Shown here: positions 62,501-64,000 of the stretch, one piece after another
How positions within the stretch are numbered: the stretch's first letter is position 1
Layout: every line of letters starts with the position of its first letter
DNA from: Paraphysomonas bandaiensis
Taxonomy: Eukaryota; Protista; Chrysophyceae
DNA length: 64,000 nt
NCBI GenBank assembly: GCA_965644295.1
Contig: CBFFRP010000123.1
Location: forward strand, 1-64,000
Direction: 5' to 3'
Notes under the pieces: generated by a model
Seen by the model: the letters and a program-made list of their open reading frames with translations, nothing else
Database searches by the model: none
Told to the model about the DNA's origin: nothing
Made by a program: the position numbers and the translations under genes

Positions 62501-64000
62501 CATAATTCCTTGTATCACCGCCAAGCGATCCTGCACACCAGCTAAAAGATATGTTCGAGGAATGCAAGCTGTGCTCCCTCCAAGCACAGAGAACAAGAGT
62601 TTCTCCAGTTTCTCACTTCGAATAAAAGTAAACTGCGCTTCATGAACCGAGTATGAGTCAAGGGTATCCATACTGAAACGAAAGTGTTTAAGCCGATCCC
62701 TCTCGCAACCAATCGCGACAGGAATACCTCGTTGTGTTTGCGCTGTATATTTACACAAGCACATACTGGCAACTAGCACTCCTAAAGTGTAAGGATCCAT
62801 TGGAAGTGGGCCAGACTGAGGAAAGTAATTCACCGGCTTCACCATAGGCACCTCCCATCGTGCCTCCCCGGTTTTGCGATCTAAGTAAGCAGCATCGACC
62901 GCACACACACTTCCTCCGGAGAGAGAAACTATCCCGCCCTTGAACATTTGTGTGGTAGACAGAACGATCGACTGTGAACACTCGGAGCTTCCCACAGAAT
63001 ACGAACGATTGACGTGCCACAGGTGGTCGTCAGATACCTCCACCTGTGCTCCGTCAGAAAATCGAACAGTGTACGTCTGGCGGAATCCACGGGGAAATAC
63101 TCCCGTTATCCGAGTCGACCGCCCATTCGAACCAATAACACAATCGCCAACCCGTATGTCACGGAAGGTTGTCCATCCTCCTGGAGTGAGTAAATGACTT
63201 TCCACGGGATGAGCCTTACCTGTGAGTATTAGTAGTCGTAAACTGATTGCGAATTGAATATTCTTCACAATTACCTAGACCCATGTCATCAGCAATGAGA
63301 GCTCGCCCGTGATTCTGCATGACAAATCGTACACCATCCCGCTGTGGTGCCCAATACCCGTTACCATGCCTTTGCTTCAGTTATACACTAACCTGGAATG
63401 GTGCCAAAGTATCGTACAGTCTAGAAGGAATTTGATTTATTAGGGTATCTGCACTTTCATCACTGCCTCCATCCTGCATGTATTAAAATGACACCTAACT
63501 AACATACTGTATTTCAAGCACCTGGGAGGCTATTTGTTTTCTTCTGTGATGTAAATATACCGCGGCAATTGCAGTTCGCGGCAAGGGATCCACCGTCACA
63601 TTAAGAGAAGGTTGAGAGAGCGCAACCTAATTGAATATTAAACAACAAATGAAATATGTATTAAATACTTGTACCCGCAACCGATCGTGAGCACTGATAG
63701 GAAATATCCACTTCTTAGACTCTGCGTCGAACCTAACTCCCGGTACAAGCTTCAGGGTTGATATTACCTGCCCATATATTGACACAATTTCAATAAACAA
63801 TTCGCTCTTACCTCTTTACTGACTATTCGATCTGACTTTGCAGTAAATTCTCGAGAATTAATCAGACTTAAGCTGATGACTGCACGGGGAGATATTCGAG
63901 GAACAAAGGGAGATACACCTAGTATGACAGAATCATGAGAAAATATAGATGTGGTATTCAACAGTGCACCGTAATTATTAGCACTGAAAGGTGCACCATA
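59552..64000 (-). CDS. SMARCAL1: SMARCAL1-like SNF2 annealing helicase (5' end probably beyond window), intein-containing
   Basis: HARP-like VPGVRFDAESKKWIF; LAPFQRDGV; ADDMGLGK[intein]TIQA; VDESH; LTGTP; MIRRLK; IFAHH; RIDGST; QAEDRAHRIGQ; many short introns. Confidence 0.9.
62147..63214 (-). mobile_element. Intein, 356 aa, Ala1, class 3 (WCT) signature, degenerate LAGLIDADG endonuclease
   Basis: In frame between Lys and Thr of Walker A; block A AHPVESHLLTPGGW..IRVGDCV, block B VSDDHLW, block F VVCISVD..DSLY, block G VVTHN/T. Confidence 0.93.

Noticed and set aside
62147-63219. Insert in SMARCAL1 as a large spliceosomal intron starting at GTAAG (63219)
   Set aside because: No acceptor restores GKT; the insert is an open in-frame 356-codon stretch with all intein blocks
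63220-63268. Stand-alone 414-aa gene starting at 63268
   Set aside because: Its first codons lie in an intron; the ORF is an internal exon of the helicase gene

Overview
Eukaryotic nuclear DNA: gene-dense, standard code, with many short (mostly ~45-60 nt) GT-AG introns. The style suggests a protist, possibly a stramenopile, but that is inference. It holds about 15 host genes: sAC-type adenylate cyclase, cNMP-dependent kinase, bZIP, LEO1, MAF1, sterol desaturase, NAA40, DENND6, PRRC2/BAT2-like, Ldh_2-family dehydrogenase, ARHGAP39-like, SMARCAL1-like helicase, and several hypotheticals. Mobile DNA comprises a complete, apparently very young Ty1/copia element, a related copia split by a TA-flanked TIR element, a frameshifted hAT transposon, a hAT MITE, tandem repeats and two dispersed repeat pairs. 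The standout is a 356-aa intein inserted in the Walker A motif (GLGK/T) of the intron-containing SMARCAL1-like gene. It starts with Ala, carries the Trp-Cys-Thr signature of class 3 inteins (known to me mainly from phages and bacteria), has a degenerate LAGLIDADG domain, and begins 5 nt downstream of a spliceosomal intron. Exon boundaries were read by eye.
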